Below, one piece after another: positions 1-12,732 of a stretch of DNA of 64,000 bases; position 1 is the stretch's first letter, and each line of letters opens with the position of its first letter. The DNA comes from Eledone cirrhosa (taxonomy: Eukaryota): NCBI GenBank assembly GCA_964016885.1, contig OZ024740.1:228160001-228224000 (forward strand), read 5' to 3'. The notes beneath the pieces were generated by a model. The model had not been told where the DNA came from, did no database searches, and worked only from the letters and a program-made list of their open reading frames with translations. The position numbers were made by a program, and so were the translations under genes.

Positions 1-1380
1 TAGTAGTAATGGTTGTGATGGAAATGATGGTGTTGGTGGTTGTAGTGTAGGTGGTAGTAGTAATGGTTGGATGGAAATGATGGTGTTGGTGGTTGTAGTG
101 TAGGTGGTAGTAGTAATGGTTGTGATGGAAATGATGGTGTTGGTGGTTGTAGTGTAGGTGATAGTAGTAATGGTTGTGATGGAAATGATGGTGTTGGTGG
201 TTGTAGTGTAGGTGGTAGTAGTAATGGTTGTGATGGAAATGATGGTGTTGGTAGTTGTAGTGTAGGTGGTAGTAGTAATGGTTGTGATGGAAATGATGGT
301 GTTGGTAGTTGTAGTGTAGGTGGTAGTAGTAATGGTTGTGATGGAAATGATGGTGTTGGTAGTTGTAGTGTAGCTGGTAGTAGTAATGGTTGTGATGGAA
401 ACGATGGTGTTGGTAGTTGTAGTGTAGGTGATAGTAGTAATGGTTGTGATGGAAATGATGGTGTTGGTAGTTGTAGTGTAGGTGGTAGTAGTAATGGTTG
501 TGATGGAAATGATGGTGTTGGTAGTTGTAGTGTAGGTGGTAGTAGTAATGGTTGTGATGGAAATGATGGTGTTGGTAGTTGTAGTGTAGGCGGTAGTAGT
601 AATGGTTGTGATGGAAATGATGGTGTTGGTAGTTGTAGTGTAGGTGGTAGTAGTAATGATTGTGATGGAAATGATGGTGTTGGTAGTTGTAGTGTAGGTG
701 GTAGTAGTAATGGTTGTGATGGAAATGATGGTGTTGGTAGTTGTAGTGTAGGTGGTAGTAGTAATGGTTGTGATGGAAATGATGGTGTTGGTAGTTGTAG
801 TGTAGGTGGTAGTAGTAATGGTTGTCATGGAAACGATGGTGTTGGTGGTTGTAGTGTAGGTGGTAGTAGTAATGGTTGTGATGGAAATGATGGTGTTGGT
901 GGTTGTAGTGTAGGTGGTAGTAGTAATGGTTGCGATGGAAATGATGATGTTGGTGGTTGTAGTGTAGGTGGTAGTAGTAATGGTTGTGATGGAAATGATG
1001 GTGTTGGTAGTTGTAGTGTAGCTGGTAGTAGTAATGGTTGTGATGGAAACGATGGTGTTGGTGGTTGTAGTGTAGGTGGTAGTAGTAATGATTGTGATGG
1101 AAATGATGGTGTTGGTGGTTGTAGTGTAGGTGGTAGTAGTAATGATTGTGATGGAAATGATGGTGTTGGTGGTTGTAGTGTAGGTGGTAGTAGTAATGGT
1201 TGTGATGGAAATGATGGTGTTGGTAGTTGTAGTGTAGGTGGTAGTAGTAATGGTTGTGATGGAAATGATGGTGTTGGTAGTTGTAGTGTAGGTGGTAGTA
1301 GTAATGGTTGTGATGGAAATGATGGTGTTGGTAGTTGTAGTGTAGGTGGTAGTAGTAATGGTTGTGATGGAAATGATGGT
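1..1380. repeat. 54-bp GT-rich minisatellite, about 25 copies, runs off the window start
   Basis: Unit TAGTAGTAATGGTTGTGATGGAAATGATGGTGTTGGT(G/A)GTTGTAGTGTAGGTGG; the 18-aa period of ORF 67..1386 reflects the unit length. Confidence 0.95.
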
Positions 1381-1599
1381 GGGTGATATGGTAGCAGTAG
1401 ATATAGTGGTAGGTATTGTGGGTGGTATCTGTGGTAGTAGTGGTGGTTGTAGTGTTGAAGGGGTATCACCACTGATACTACATGATGATGATGATGATGA
1501 TGATGAGGAAGAGGAAGAGGAGTTAGTGGAAGAGGGAGAATGGGAAAAGTAGGAGGGGATTAATAATAACAATAATAATAAACAATCAATAACAAAAAA

Positions 1600-1631
1600 T
1601 AGTAGTAGTCGTAGCAGCAGCAGCAGCAGTG

Positions 1632-1697
<66 letters not shown>

Positions 1698-1838
1698 TAA
1701 TGATGATGAAGATGGTGACGGTGACGGCGAAGAAGAAGAAGAAGAAGAAGAAGAAGAAGAAGAAGAAGAAGAAGAAGAAGAAGAAGAAGAAGAAGAAGAA
1801 GAAGAAGAAGAAGAAGAAGAAGAAGAAGAAGAAGAAGA
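1600..1838. repeat. (GTA)n then (GAA)n microsatellites
   Basis: Direct reading. Confidence 0.95.
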
Positions 1839-2085
1839 AAATGATTACGAAATCGAACTAACAACAGATGTTAGACTACTGACAGTGAATGGATGATGAA
1901 ATCATTGATTGATTATATTTTCTAAACCGAGCCGTGCTACCTTATTTATTTATTATTTATATTATTTATATAATTCATTCTCTTATTCTTTCAGCCATTC
2001 TTTTAATCATTCATTTTTCATTTATTCTTCCATTCTTTTATTCATTCGTTCAACTATTCATTTGTTCGTTATTATTTCGTTCTTT

Positions 2086-2270
2086 CGGTGGATTGGCAGT
2101 ATCGGTAGAGAGTCGGACGCCATGCTTTCCAGCATAGTTACGTCCCTTTACGATCTGAGTTCAAATCCCGCCGAGGTTGACTTTGCCTTTCATCCTTACA
2201 GGGTCGATAAAATAAAGTACCAGTAATACACTCGGTAATTGCTGGCCTTGTGCCTAAAAGTAGAAACAAT
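2086..2270 (+). mobile_element. tRNA-derived SINE, family 1, full length
   Basis: A-box-like TGGCAGTATCGGTAGAG, B-box GAGTTCAAATCCC, core GCCTTTCATCCTTACRGGGTCGATAAAATAAAGTACCAG, tail TTGCTGGCCTTGTGCCTAAA; many near-identical copies in the window. Confidence 0.9.
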
Positions 2271-2699
2271 TATTTCGTTCTTTCACTATTTGTTCATTCT
2301 TTCAGTCCCTCTTTCATTCAATATTCCATTCATTCGTCTATTCATTCATTCAGTTATTCTAACAGTCAAGTCATTCACAACTTCATTAATTCATCTCGAT
2401 TCAGCTCTCCAGCTGGGAACGATGGACGTTTATATAATGCAGTATAACTAAACTACGTCTCTCTCACTGACGTTTGTCACTATGAATAATAGTAAAACTT
2501 CTATTCTAAGATTGGCTATAGTTAGTTTATCAGATAGAATATAACCAATGACTCGTTAAGCCATTGAAATAAAATTAAAAAGAAGAAAAATCAAATTTAT
2601 TGCACACACCTCTGCAAATTTAGTTGACTTCTTATGAGGTTGTATCTTATAAGACAAGAAAGGGGACCTTCTGAAAGAAGTACGAATTTCGCTGGCACC

Positions 2700-3305
2700 A
2701 CCATCCTCATTGCAACCATTGTCGATCATTCCTGACAAAGTCTGTCCACAATCACGATTTTCCATTGCTCCTGTTAACTGGTCCTTACTGAGGTTTGTAT
2801 CAACCGGGAATTGATCGATGACGGTTCGAGCAAGTCTTCCTCTACTGCGTCTCCTATGAGTTGGTTCCCACAACATCACATATATCATCCTCATTGCGAC
2901 CACAGTTGGACATTCCTGACAAAGTCTGTCCCCAATTCACGATTTTCCATTGCTCCTGGTTGAGGTTTGTATCATCTGAGAGTTGGTCGATGAATGTTTG
3001 AGCAAGTCTTCCTGTATTGCATCTCCTGTAAGTGGGTTCCCACAACATCACATATACATATCATCATCATTGCGATTACACTTAAACATTCCTGACAGTC
3101 TCTTCACAATTCACAATTTTCCATTGCTCCTGGCAACTGCCCCCTACTGAGGTTTGTATTATCTGAGAGTTGATTGATGATTGTTCTAGCAGGTCTTCCT
3201 CTTCTGTGTCTCCCATTAGTTGGTTCCCACAATAGTAACTTGTGTATAACTTCTTGCTTACTCCTCCAACAATGTCCTGCAAATTGTAACCATCTTTAAG
3301 CAATT
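2700..3305 (-). mobile_element. Decayed RTE-clade LINE 3' end with the last ~180 bp present as three diverged tandem copies
   Basis: Minus-strand translations RWLQFAGHCWRSKQEVIHKLLLWEP and LWEPTHRRRSRGRLARTVIDQ...AMENR match the RTE ORF C-terminal pattern; units at about 2702, 2886 and 3061. Confidence 0.75.
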
Positions 3306-3845
3306 ATAGTTATGTTGGGCAAATTATCGTATCAACTTTCATTTCTAATACGTTGGCACCAGTTAATATTTTGTACAACCCTAAGCAAAATTCAAATTAC
3401 AGTATATTTTAGATAATTTTATTTTTTTTATCCATCTTTTCAACTAATTTTAACTCGTAGAAGCAAACAAACAAATAACCCATGTATATTTCTTTATTTA
3501 CATTTGTAATTATATTTTGTAAAATTACTGGCGTTTAGAGAGAAACTATTTTTTCACAATGTGGCCGCATTGGATGTTAGATGAAATCTATGCGACCCTT
3601 TCAGCATAAAAAAACGTTTCTCTATGCTCGTCCTATTATAAAAGGCAACGTGAAATGAAGCGTCTAGCTCAAGAACACAACACATCCTTTGAAGTCGTTG
3701 AATAAAGTACCATTCCAGTACTGGGGTCGATTCTTCCTCTATATCTCTTTCTCTATTTCAACCACCACCGATGTCAACTTTGACTTTCATCCTTCAAGGT
3801 CGATACACAAAGTACCAGGGTTTAAAGGTCTAAAGTCTGTCTTAA

Positions 3846-4114
3846 GCCAGAAGGCTCGTCAGGCCGGTGCTTATCACGGTTTCGTGGCGTGAAGCGACTG
3901 AGAGTACAAGACTCCTCCCTGGACAGGACGCCAGTTCATCGCAGCTCATCGCAGGGTTAAAGCCTCAGTACTGGTACTCATTTTCAGTTGATTGTACTAG
4001 AGCAACGTGAAATGAAGTGTTTTCCTCAAGAACACAACATGCAACTCAACCCAGGAATCGAACCCTCGACATGATGATTGTAAGTCCAACACGTTACCAC
4101 GAGGCCACGCGCCT
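3846..4114 (-). mobile_element. tRNA-derived SINE, family 2 (CORE-SINE-like)
   Basis: Minus strand GGCGCGTGGCCTCGTGGTAA (A box), GGGTTCGATTCC (B box), TGTGTTCTTGAGGAAAACACTT CORE-like segment, CCTGCGATG...GTCCAGGGAG tail. Confidence 0.7.
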
Positions 4115-4337
4115 CCACCGGTTAAGGTGCCAGACAGGATGTTTTGCAGTATTTGTTCCGAATGTGTGTGTTCTGAGTTCACAATCTCACCTCTTCTCAC
4201 CAGAAAACCGATGACACTTCTGCTAGGAATTGCCACTGACACACAGTATCAGCAATAGAAAAACCAATAGAAATATAATAGCCTTGCTCCGACCTGACCA
4301 TCCACTTCTTTCCGTTCCTCATTAATTATTTAGTTAC

Positions 4338-4525
4338 AGGCGGTGGATTGGCAGTATCGGTAGAGAGTCGGACGCCATGCTTTCCAGCATAGTTACGTTC
4401 CTTTACGGTCTGAGTTCAAATCCCGCCGAGGTTAACTTTGCCTTTCATCCTTGCGGGGTCTATAAAATAAAGTACCAGTAATGCACTGGGTGATTGCTGA
4501 CCTTGTGCCTAAAGTAGAAACAATT
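4338..4525 (+). mobile_element. SINE family 1, full length
   Basis: Near-identical to 2086..2270. Confidence 0.9.
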
Positions 4526-4569
4526 AATTATTTAGTTACTTTTCACTTTGATTATTTCTGCCTATTTGA

Positions 4570-4736
4570 AGGCGGTGGACAACATGCTTTGTAGCATATA
4601 GTTTCGGCCCTTTAACTTCTCACTTCCACCAAGGTTAACTTTTCTTTTCATCCTTACGGTGTCACTAAAATAAAATACCAGTAACGCACTGGGGGTCGAT
4701 TTAATCATTGGCCTTGTACCAAAGGTAGAAACAATT
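4570..4736 (+). mobile_element. SINE family 1, degenerate and internally deleted
   Basis: Core and tail recognisable. Confidence 0.7.
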
Positions 4737-4960
4737 ATTTCTGTCTGTTTGTCTGCCTATCTGTTGCCTTTTCTTTCACTCTTTCCTTCTCTCTCTCATT
4801 CTCCTCTTTCCCGATCTATCTTTCTGTTTCCCTTTCTCCTCCCCTCTCTCCCTCTCACTGACACACGCACGCAAATACACACATATACTCATTCATACAC
4901 ACACATATCCAAACACAATGCATCTATGCGTTTATGTTCCTAATATTTATAATTATTAGG

Positions 4961-5190
4961 GCTGTGGATTAGCAGTATCGGTAGAGAGTCGGACACCATG
5001 CTTTGCAACATAGAGTTACGGCCCTTTATGATCTGAGTTCAAATCCCGCCGAGGTTAACTTTGCCTTTCATTCTTACGGGGTCGATAAAATAAAGTACCA
5101 GTAATGCACTTGGGTCGATTTAACCGACCCCCCCTCCCCCCCCCCCAAAAAAAAATTTGCTGGCCTTGTGCCTATATAGGAAGCCATTAT
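4961..5190 (+). mobile_element. SINE family 1, long-tail variant
   Basis: A and B boxes, core, GGGTCGATTTAA-poly(C) insert, tail. Confidence 0.85.
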
Positions 5191-5762
5191 TTAAAATTAC
5201 TACTAGTAATGCCCAGTTATATCCGTTGAGTTATTGGAACACCACTGGAAGTCTTGTCTTCATCTAGTGACACATCATTTATACGCAAAATTAGTTTTAC
5301 ACAGAATTAGTTTCACTTTGATGATTTCTAATCCAACTCAAGACTTGCTACACTTCATAGAAGATTTATATTTTTCACAGCAACCTCACAAATAATCAAT
5401 TATGTAATGTTTCAGTTAAGTTAAGCAGCGAATCGGCAGACGTGTTAGTGCGTACAGCAGAATGTCTAACGATATTTATTTCAGCGCTCTGAGTTCAAAT
5501 CCCACGGAAGTCAACTTTGATTTTTCTCAATGTAGGATTAATAAATAAAGTACCAGTCCGGTGTTGTGAATTGGTAGAATGTTTATATCGTCGGTGTCTT
5601 TCAGTTTTCTGTGTTCTGAGTTCAAATACGACGTCCTTTCATCGGAAAAGGGGTAACATAAAAGGACCAAGACCACTTATCATTAAAACACCCAAGAAAC
5701 CTCTTCTGACATGTAGCCTCATAGAAGGCCCGTGAAACCTGCATAAATGTCAGCGGAACATT

Positions 5763-6648
5763 AACTACAGAAGCAACAGTAGCAGCAACAACAATCGCAA
5801 CAACAACAGCAACAGTAGCAGCAACAACAGAAGCAACAACAACAGCAACAGTAGCAGCAACAACAGAAGCAACAACAGCAGCAACAACAGAAGCAACAAC
5901 AACAGCAACAACAGCAGCAACAACAGAAGCAACAACAGCAGCAACAACAGAAGCAACAACAACAGCAATAACAACAGCAACAACAGAAGCAACAACAACA
6001 GCAACAACAGCAGCAACAGTAGCAGCAACAACAGCAGCAACAACAGCAGCAACAACAATAGCAACATTAGCAGCAACAACAGCAGCAACAACAGCAGCAA
6101 CAGTAGCAGCAACAACAGCAGCAACAACAGCAGCAACAACAATAGCAACATTAGCAGCAACAATAGCAGGAACAACAGCAGCAACAGTAGCAGCAACAAC
6201 AGCAGCAACAACAGAAGCAACAACAGCAGCAACAGTAGCAGCAACAGCAACAGCAACAGTAGCAGCAACGACAACAGCAACAGTAGCAGCAACGACAACA
6301 GCAACAGTAGCAGCCACAACAGCAGCAACAACAGCAGCAACAGTAGCAGCAACAACAGCAGCAACAACAGAAGCAACAACAGCAGCAACAGTAGCAGCAA
6401 CAGCAACAGCAACAGTAGCAGCAACGACAACAGCAACAGTAGCAGCAATGACAACAGCAACAGTAGCAGCAATGACAACAGCAACAGTAGCAGCAACGAC
6501 AACAGCAACAACATCAGAAACAGTAGCAGCAACAACAGCAGCAACAACAACAACAGCAACAGTAGCAGCCACAACAGCAGCAACAACATCAGAAACAGTA
6601 GCAACAGCAGCAACAACAACAACAACAGCAACAACGACAACAACAACA
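5763..6648. repeat. Compound (GCA/ACA) trinucleotide low-complexity tract
   Basis: Direct reading; source of poly-V/A and poly-L spurious ORFs. Confidence 0.95.
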
Positions 6649-6819
6649 TTCTGTCGTGTAAGATTTTGTGAGATAGACATCGTACTTTTCTGAATCGAAT
6701 ATTGGTTTCTGAAGTTCACACGATGGATCCTCCGTCTGTTTCAACGATGAGCATTCAGTTATTCGATCAACTGAATGCCCAGCTTGTGAATTGATGTGTG
6801 AGTAGTGGTTGGGTATTCT

Positions 6820-7035
6820 ACAGACACGTGTAGCCTTAGTCTTCATCTGACTCTCAAGTCTGAATACTAGGAGTTGTAGGATGTTTAACTGGCATTCTAA
6901 TAAGATGATCAAACCAGTTAATATATTGATAAGGTATAGCACCAACTATCTGCCTAATGTCTTCTTTCATGACCTGGTGTATTCTGGTTTTGCCAGTTGC
7001 TCACCGGAGACGTCTCAATACACAGGCTGAGAGTG
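6820..7035 (-). mobile_element. Decayed RTE-clade LINE fragment
   Basis: Minus-strand translation LRRLR*ATGKTRIHQVMKEDIRQIVG...INWFDHLIRMP resembles RTE LRRI.G.TR.D...NE.IR...WFGH..RM. Confidence 0.55.
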
Positions 7036-7164
7036 GTCGTTCTAGGGTTTTGGTTAGTGTCCAGGTTTGAATATTTAACACAGCATATCTTAGAGTGTGT
7101 GCGTTGTTTAGTGCTTAGGGTGCTTGGCTCACAATCGTGAGGTCATGAGTACTATACCCAGTTA

Positions 7165-7580
7165 TACGTATCTCTGAGCTAGCAAAAATGAGATGTACTT
7201 GGAATTCAATGGGTTAGCCTTGACAGTCACTGCGTCACACAGAATCTCTCTGAGAATTACATTAACCGTGCCCATGTTAGTGGAATTCGAAACTACTTGA
7301 GCGTTCATTTCACGAATAGGCTGTTCAATAGGTCCAATATATGACTCGGAGGCGGTTCGCCGCAGCAATAGCGCCGAATGGAGGGCCGTCTCGAATAAAG
7401 TCTATTCTCTGTTTTATATTTGTCGTAATCATCTTATCGATTACCTAATCTTTGTAATCTACACCTGATGACGTCGCCAAAGTCTTACATCATGAACTGA
7501 TGATATAACCAGGTAGAAATGCGTATTGTGATTTCGCAACATTAAAAGAATATTTTGAGTCCGGGCTTCTGTTGTCTTAT
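7165..7580 (+). mobile_element. Possible Penelope-like pLTR remnant with degenerate hammerhead core
   Basis: CAC-CTGATGA at 7462..7471, GAAAT-GCGT-ATT-GTG at 7516..7530, ATTAAA downstream, ends in AT microsatellite; stem II pairs poorly. Confidence 0.35.
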
Positions 7581-7607
7581 ATGTATATATATATATACAC
7601 ACATTTA

Positions 7608-7646
<39 letters not shown>

Positions 7647-7651
7647 ATATC

Positions 7652-7842
7652 TCCTGGAGACGAGGGTTGCACATTTTTTCGGGGGTATGTGTTACCCATA
7701 TAAACTGTCTCCCCCTATTGGGGAAAATCGACTAACTTTTTAAATTACATTTGTGATAACATTTTACACGTTTTTATTGTATGTAAACTTCCCCCTTTGT
7801 ATTTGTCCCCTTCTTTTGTGCCCCTGTGGCTAATAAAGAAAC
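7652..7842 (+). mobile_element. Probable LINE (L1/Tx1-like) 3' UTR fragment
   Basis: T-rich segment ending TGTGGCTAATAAAGAAA inside an (ATCT)n tract; a similar end occurs on the minus strand at about 41924..41960. Confidence 0.35.
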
Positions 7843-7851
7843 ATATCTATC

Positions 7852-7886
<35 letters not shown>

Positions 7887-8293
7887 AAACAATAATATTT
7901 TCTAATTTAGACACAAAGCCAACAATTCAGTGGAGGGGAAATACGATTAACTTGACCTCAGAAAAATGAAAGGCAAAGTTGACTTTGTGGGATTTCAACT
8001 CAGACTGTAAAGAATTTTAATTAAATGTCGCTAAGCAGCTTGTCCGATGCTCTACCGATTCTACCAACTCACAATAATAATAATAAAAGGAGGAATTAGG
8101 ATGCAACATGTTTACAATTGGCAGCCATCTTGAATCTTAGTTGTTGTTAATTGTATTACATTAAATTCTATTAATCTCACACTTACATACGTGCATGCAT
8201 ACATACATATATACATACATACATTCGTACATACATACATACATATATACATACATACATTCGTACATACATACGTGCATGCATACATACATA

Positions 8294-10163
8294 GGCTTTA
8301 CAGTTAGCCAAAGTCCCACAACCATTGGTAGCTGCTGTTGAACGCCTGACCAAGAACTGGTACACCAATTTGATCCTTAGAGGTGAGAAGGAGCAGGTTA
8401 AGACTGATAAGATACATTACCAGAAGGGCATCTTTCAGGGTGATAGCTTGTCAGTGCTACTCTTCGTTCTCTCACTGAATCCACTATCTTACCTACTCAG
8501 GAAACAAGGTGGACAAAGAAGTGGGCCCAGAAGTATCTCCCATCTTTTCTTTGTTGATGACCTGAAGTTGTATGGGCCAAATATCAATGACATCAAGAAA
8601 CAATTGGACCTCATTACACAATTTTCAACCGACATCAAAATGAAATTTGGTGAGTCCAAGTGTGCATATTTGGCAGTAAAACGTGGAAGAGCTGTGCCCT
8701 CTTCTAGAAATCTAGAGATGAACGGCCTGACAATACAACCTCTGCAGTCAGGTGACAACTACAGATATCTTGGACAGGATGAGAATGTCAGATATAATGG
8801 ATCCATAAATAAGGAGAGAACCAGAATTGAATACCTCAGAAGAGTAAAGAAAATATGGTCATCAGAACTGTCAGCATACAACAAATACATTGCCCACAAT
8901 ACTTATGCTGTGCCAATTCTAACGCCAACATTTGGCCTACTGAACTGGTCATTGCAAGAACTAAGTGAGATGGATGTTAGAACTCGCAAACTTCTCAGTG
9001 TTACTGGGAACTTTAACATCAATGGTGATGTGGATAGGCTATACTTCTCACGCAAGGAAGGTGGCCGGGGTCTAAAATCAATATTAACAACATATGAGAC
9101 CCGGATAGTAACACTGAAGCAACACCTTCAACAGAGGAAAAAGGTTGGCAACCATCTTGCCCAGGTTTATGACCATGAAAAAAGAAATATCATTAGAATA
9201 GCGACTGATCTGGAGGAGAGATATGGAATAAAGCCTGATATAAATCTCTCACCCAGAGAAATCGGAAGATCCTATTCAATGTTCAAACAAGATGAAAAAA
9301 TTGACCAATTTACAGAAAAAGTTGTGCATGGATACTTGAGGCGTAAAACACAGACCATAGAGGGGATAAACCACTCAAAAAGCCTGGCATGGAGTTCCGA
9401 CAAGTTTATGACATCACACCTTGAGGGATATCTCTATGCAATACAGGAACAAGAACTCCCTACCAAATATCTGCTGCACAAAAGAGGAGGGTCAGCAGCT
9501 GACAATAAATGTAGGCTATGTAAAACAAAGATCGAGGATGTAAGCCACATTGTTGCCAGCTGCGAAAGAATGTCATCTCGCTACTACCTCCCCATGAGAC
9601 ACGATGAGATAGCTAGAACCATCTGGAACGCACTTCGGAAAACAAAATTAACAACAAACGAGGAAGAATATATTGAGACAGATGGCACTAAGGAATACTG
9701 GTGGAACCTGAAAATAACAACTGCCACCAAATTAAAGCACAACCGGCCTGATATTGTAGTTTGGGACCACACATTGAAAACGTGTTCTGTTGTGGAGATC
9801 AGCTGCCCACTTGATGTAAACGTTGTCAGAAAAATACAGGAGAAGGAGGACATCTACGGACCATTGATGAGGAGCTTACAAATCCAGTATCCAAGATACA
9901 CCTTTAGCTTCATACCCATCATTATTGGTGCTACGGGTTATATACCAACCCGCTTGGACCAAAGTATGACTGAACTTGGATTTGCGGACAAAAAGCGCAG
10001 CTCCCTAATTCATAGTCTACAAATGGCTGCGATAGCTGGCACCTTCAAAATTTGCAAAACATTCTTGCGATTCAAGGGATGACAATTTCTTTTCTTTTAC
10101 AACCTTGCCACCAGGAAGGTAGCCGGTCAAAAAAATATACTCGAAATTAAGAGAAAGAGAAAA
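8294..10163 (+). mobile_element. R4/Dong-clade non-LTR retrotransposon, family A, 5'-truncated, inserted in (CATA)n
   Basis: RT plus RLE ORF, 81-bp 3' UTR ending GAGAAAGAGAAAA; compound CATA/ATTCGTAC microsatellite on both flanks; second copy at 33460..33985 defines the 3' end. Confidence 0.93.
8325..10082 (+). CDS. Reverse transcriptase (C-terminal part) + CCHC zinc knuckle + PD-(D/E)xK restriction-like endonuclease; N-terminally truncated, frame open from 8295
   Basis: Motifs KGIFQGDSLS, HLFFVDDLKLY, FGESKC, YRYLG, GGRGL, AIQEQ, CRLC-x8-H-x4-C, RHD, NRPDIVVWD, VVEISCPLD; no stops or frameshifts. Confidence 0.93.
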   Translation: MVAAVERLTKNWYTNLILRGEKEQVKTDKIHYQKGIFQGDSLSVLLFVLSLNPLSYLLRKQGGQRSGPRSISHLFFVDDLKLYGPNINDIKKQLDLITQFSTDIKMKFGESKCAYLAVKRGRAVPSSRNLEMNGLTIQPLQSGDNYRYLGQDENVRYNGSINKERTRIEYLRRVKKIWSSELSAYNKYIAHNTYAVPILTPTFGLLNWSLQELSEMDVRTRKLLSVTGNFNINGDVDRLYFSRKEGGRGLKSILTTYETRIVTLKQHLQQRKKVGNHLAQVYDHEKRNIIRIATDLEERYGIKPDINLSPREIGRSYSMFKQDEKIDQFTEKVVHGYLRRKTQTIEGINHSKSLAWSSDKFMTSHLEGYLYAIQEQELPTKYLLHKRGGSAADNKCRLCKTKIEDVSHIVASCERMSSRYYLPMRHDEIARTIWNALRKTKLTTNEEEYIETDGTKEYWWNLKITTATKLKHNRPDIVVWDHTLKTCSVVEISCPLDVNVVRKIQEKEDIYGPLMRSLQIQYPRYTFSFIPIIIGATGYIPTRLDQSMTELGFADKKRSSLIHSLQMAAIAGTFKICKTFLRFKG

Positions 10164-10580
10164 CATATATATACATACATACATTCGTACATACATACAT
10201 AGATACATACATACATACATATATACATACATACATTCGTACATACATACATACATTCGTACATACGTACATACATAGATGCATACGTACATATATACAT
10301 ACATATATACATACATACATACATAGATACATACATACATACATATATACATACATTCGTACATACATACATTTGTACATACATACATACATACATTCAT
10401 ACATACATGCATAGATACATAAATACATATATATACAGGCATACATTCGTACATACATTTATTCGTATATGCATATATTCGTACATACATACATATATAC
10501 ATATATATATACACCGATATAGATATGAGTGTGCGTATATGTGTGTGTATATGTGCGTGTGTATGAGTGTATGCGTGCAC
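10164..10580. repeat. Compound (CATA)n microsatellite
   Basis: Same ATTCGTAC variant units as 8184..8293. Confidence 0.9.
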
Positions 10581-11024
10581 AGTTTCTAACAGAGCTCATT
10601 AAAGTGAATTCATCGTAAAATGTGAAATGGAAAGTTTGATTTGAATCTTTATTCTCTGGGATTAAATATCAAATAGTGTCCTTCATACGATATCTCCACC
10701 CGAGAAGAGAAAGCTTCTCTTTCTCTTTTATGTAGACAGAATATAGATCTAATGGAATTTGAAAGTATATTCTACGGTCTGATATTCATATATCTTATAA
10801 TGGAGTGACGTAGTATTGTATATTTTATAGAATAAACTAGAAACTGAAACTTTGATATGCATTAAATATATACGATTTCATATATTTTAAGCAGCATATA
10901 TATATGTATATATATATATATAACTAAAGATTAGTATGGTTCGTTCATTACTCAACGAATACAATTTTTATATATATATATATATAATATATGTGTGTGT
11001 GTGTGTGTGTATGTATACATACAT

Positions 11025-11109
<85 letters not shown>

Positions 11110-12732
11110 GGAACTTTATTGAAAATATATTGAGTGTATGTTGATTTAAATTGAAACCTAATTGAAATAACAAAAGAAAAATACACAAGTGACTTTATAA
11201 AAACACTGTCTTCTATAGAATTGCCTGAACATTCAGGATAGGTTATAGCAATTTTAAATTGACGCTAGTACTTGACTTTATTGGCAGAGTCGTTAGGTCA
11301 GTGGATTAAAAATATATCGGTATTTATTCCGGCTCAATGTACCTTAAGTTCAAATCCCGCCGAGTTCAACTTTACCTTTAACATTTTCGAGGTCAATGAA
11401 TAAAGTGCCAGATCAGAAACAGAAAAATACGCTGGTGATAGATTTAGTAATGTGTGATAAGAAATGATCAGATGTATTACGTATTTAACTCCCGATTCTA
11501 ATGCAGGTGTTTCTGTATGTTTCAGAGTATGACACATGATCTATGCGGAACCACGATTTCCTTAGCCGCCTAAAGTAAGTCCCATATGACCCATGGAACA
11601 TGTCTAACTAGAGAAACTAGTACTTCTGTTTTACAGTTTAGTCAGGGAGGGAAGAATATTGTCTAAGACCCCTCTCAGTACGCATTGAGACTAATGAGAG
11701 AGAGGGTGGAAGACATCCTCAAACCTGAGTCCTGATTCAAATAATTGTAAGAATGGTTTCGACTAAAGGCACCTAAAGGCAACCAAAGGTACCAAAAGTA
11801 ACCAAAGGCAACCAAAGGCAACCAAAGGTATTAAACCTTTTGACGGATTAAATCTACCTAAGTTGGCTAATGTAAGATTTGAACTCAGAATAGAAATAGT
11901 CGGAAAAATACTGCAGCTCATTTAGCACTCTAACAACCCCGGCTTACAATTCGCTCTGGACTGGTATATTATTTTATCGACCATGAAAAGAAGCGTTAAC
12001 CTCGGCGTGATTTGAACTTAGAAGGCAGAGAGTGACGAGGCAAATACTGCAATACCACAAGGTATTCTGATCTACGCTCTAACGATTCTGTCAATTCGCT
12101 GCCACGAAGTTAATCCACTGTGTTTCCTTTTGAAAATACGATAGGTACTTTAATTATTGGATCGATAAGACTGACTCATCATGTTTACGTAAACTGATAT
12201 CATGATATTATATACTATGTACCACTACCGCCATTACTCACCACCATTCCACATGTTCATCGCCCAAAGAAGATGTCTACGAAACTCAGCTGAAAATTTC
12301 ATAGGATGACGATGAAGGAGTGATGTTAGCTCTGTGAAATCTTGCATGCATTAATTTGAACTCTTCTTATTAATAACTGCATTGTTTATTTTTAGAGACT
12401 ATGTTGAAAAATAAATCTCATTTGGTAATTCCATGAGAGTATCTTGGTCAGCCTATAAACTTTTCAGCCGACCGTCGTATATGTCATCACTCCGCATGTT
12501 AAAAATAGCAGTCAAATTCCCCTGAAATCACTCTCTGTCGTTAAAATAAATAATGTACATTTTGAATAATGTAGAAATATCTTTCTTTTTCTTTTTTAGG
12601 AACAGTCTTGGCTGAATTTCTTTTATAAGTTGGCCTCATCAGTGCAGAAATAAATTCCTTTTGATTTCATTCGTTAATATCTTGGTTGATATTGGGTCAG
12701 ATACAGTTTGCGGTTATATAAGAAATTGGGTA

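Noticed and set aside
67-1386. 439-aa Gly/Cys/Ser repeat ORF
   Set aside because: Pure 54-bp tandem repeat; the start arises from a 1-bp insertion near 70; no unique domain or splice evidence
2086-2175. tRNA genes
   Set aside because: A and B boxes belong to SINE heads; no cloverleaf
12610-12650. Minus-strand CTGATGA...GAAA hammerhead-like core
   Set aside because: Stems II and III do not pair
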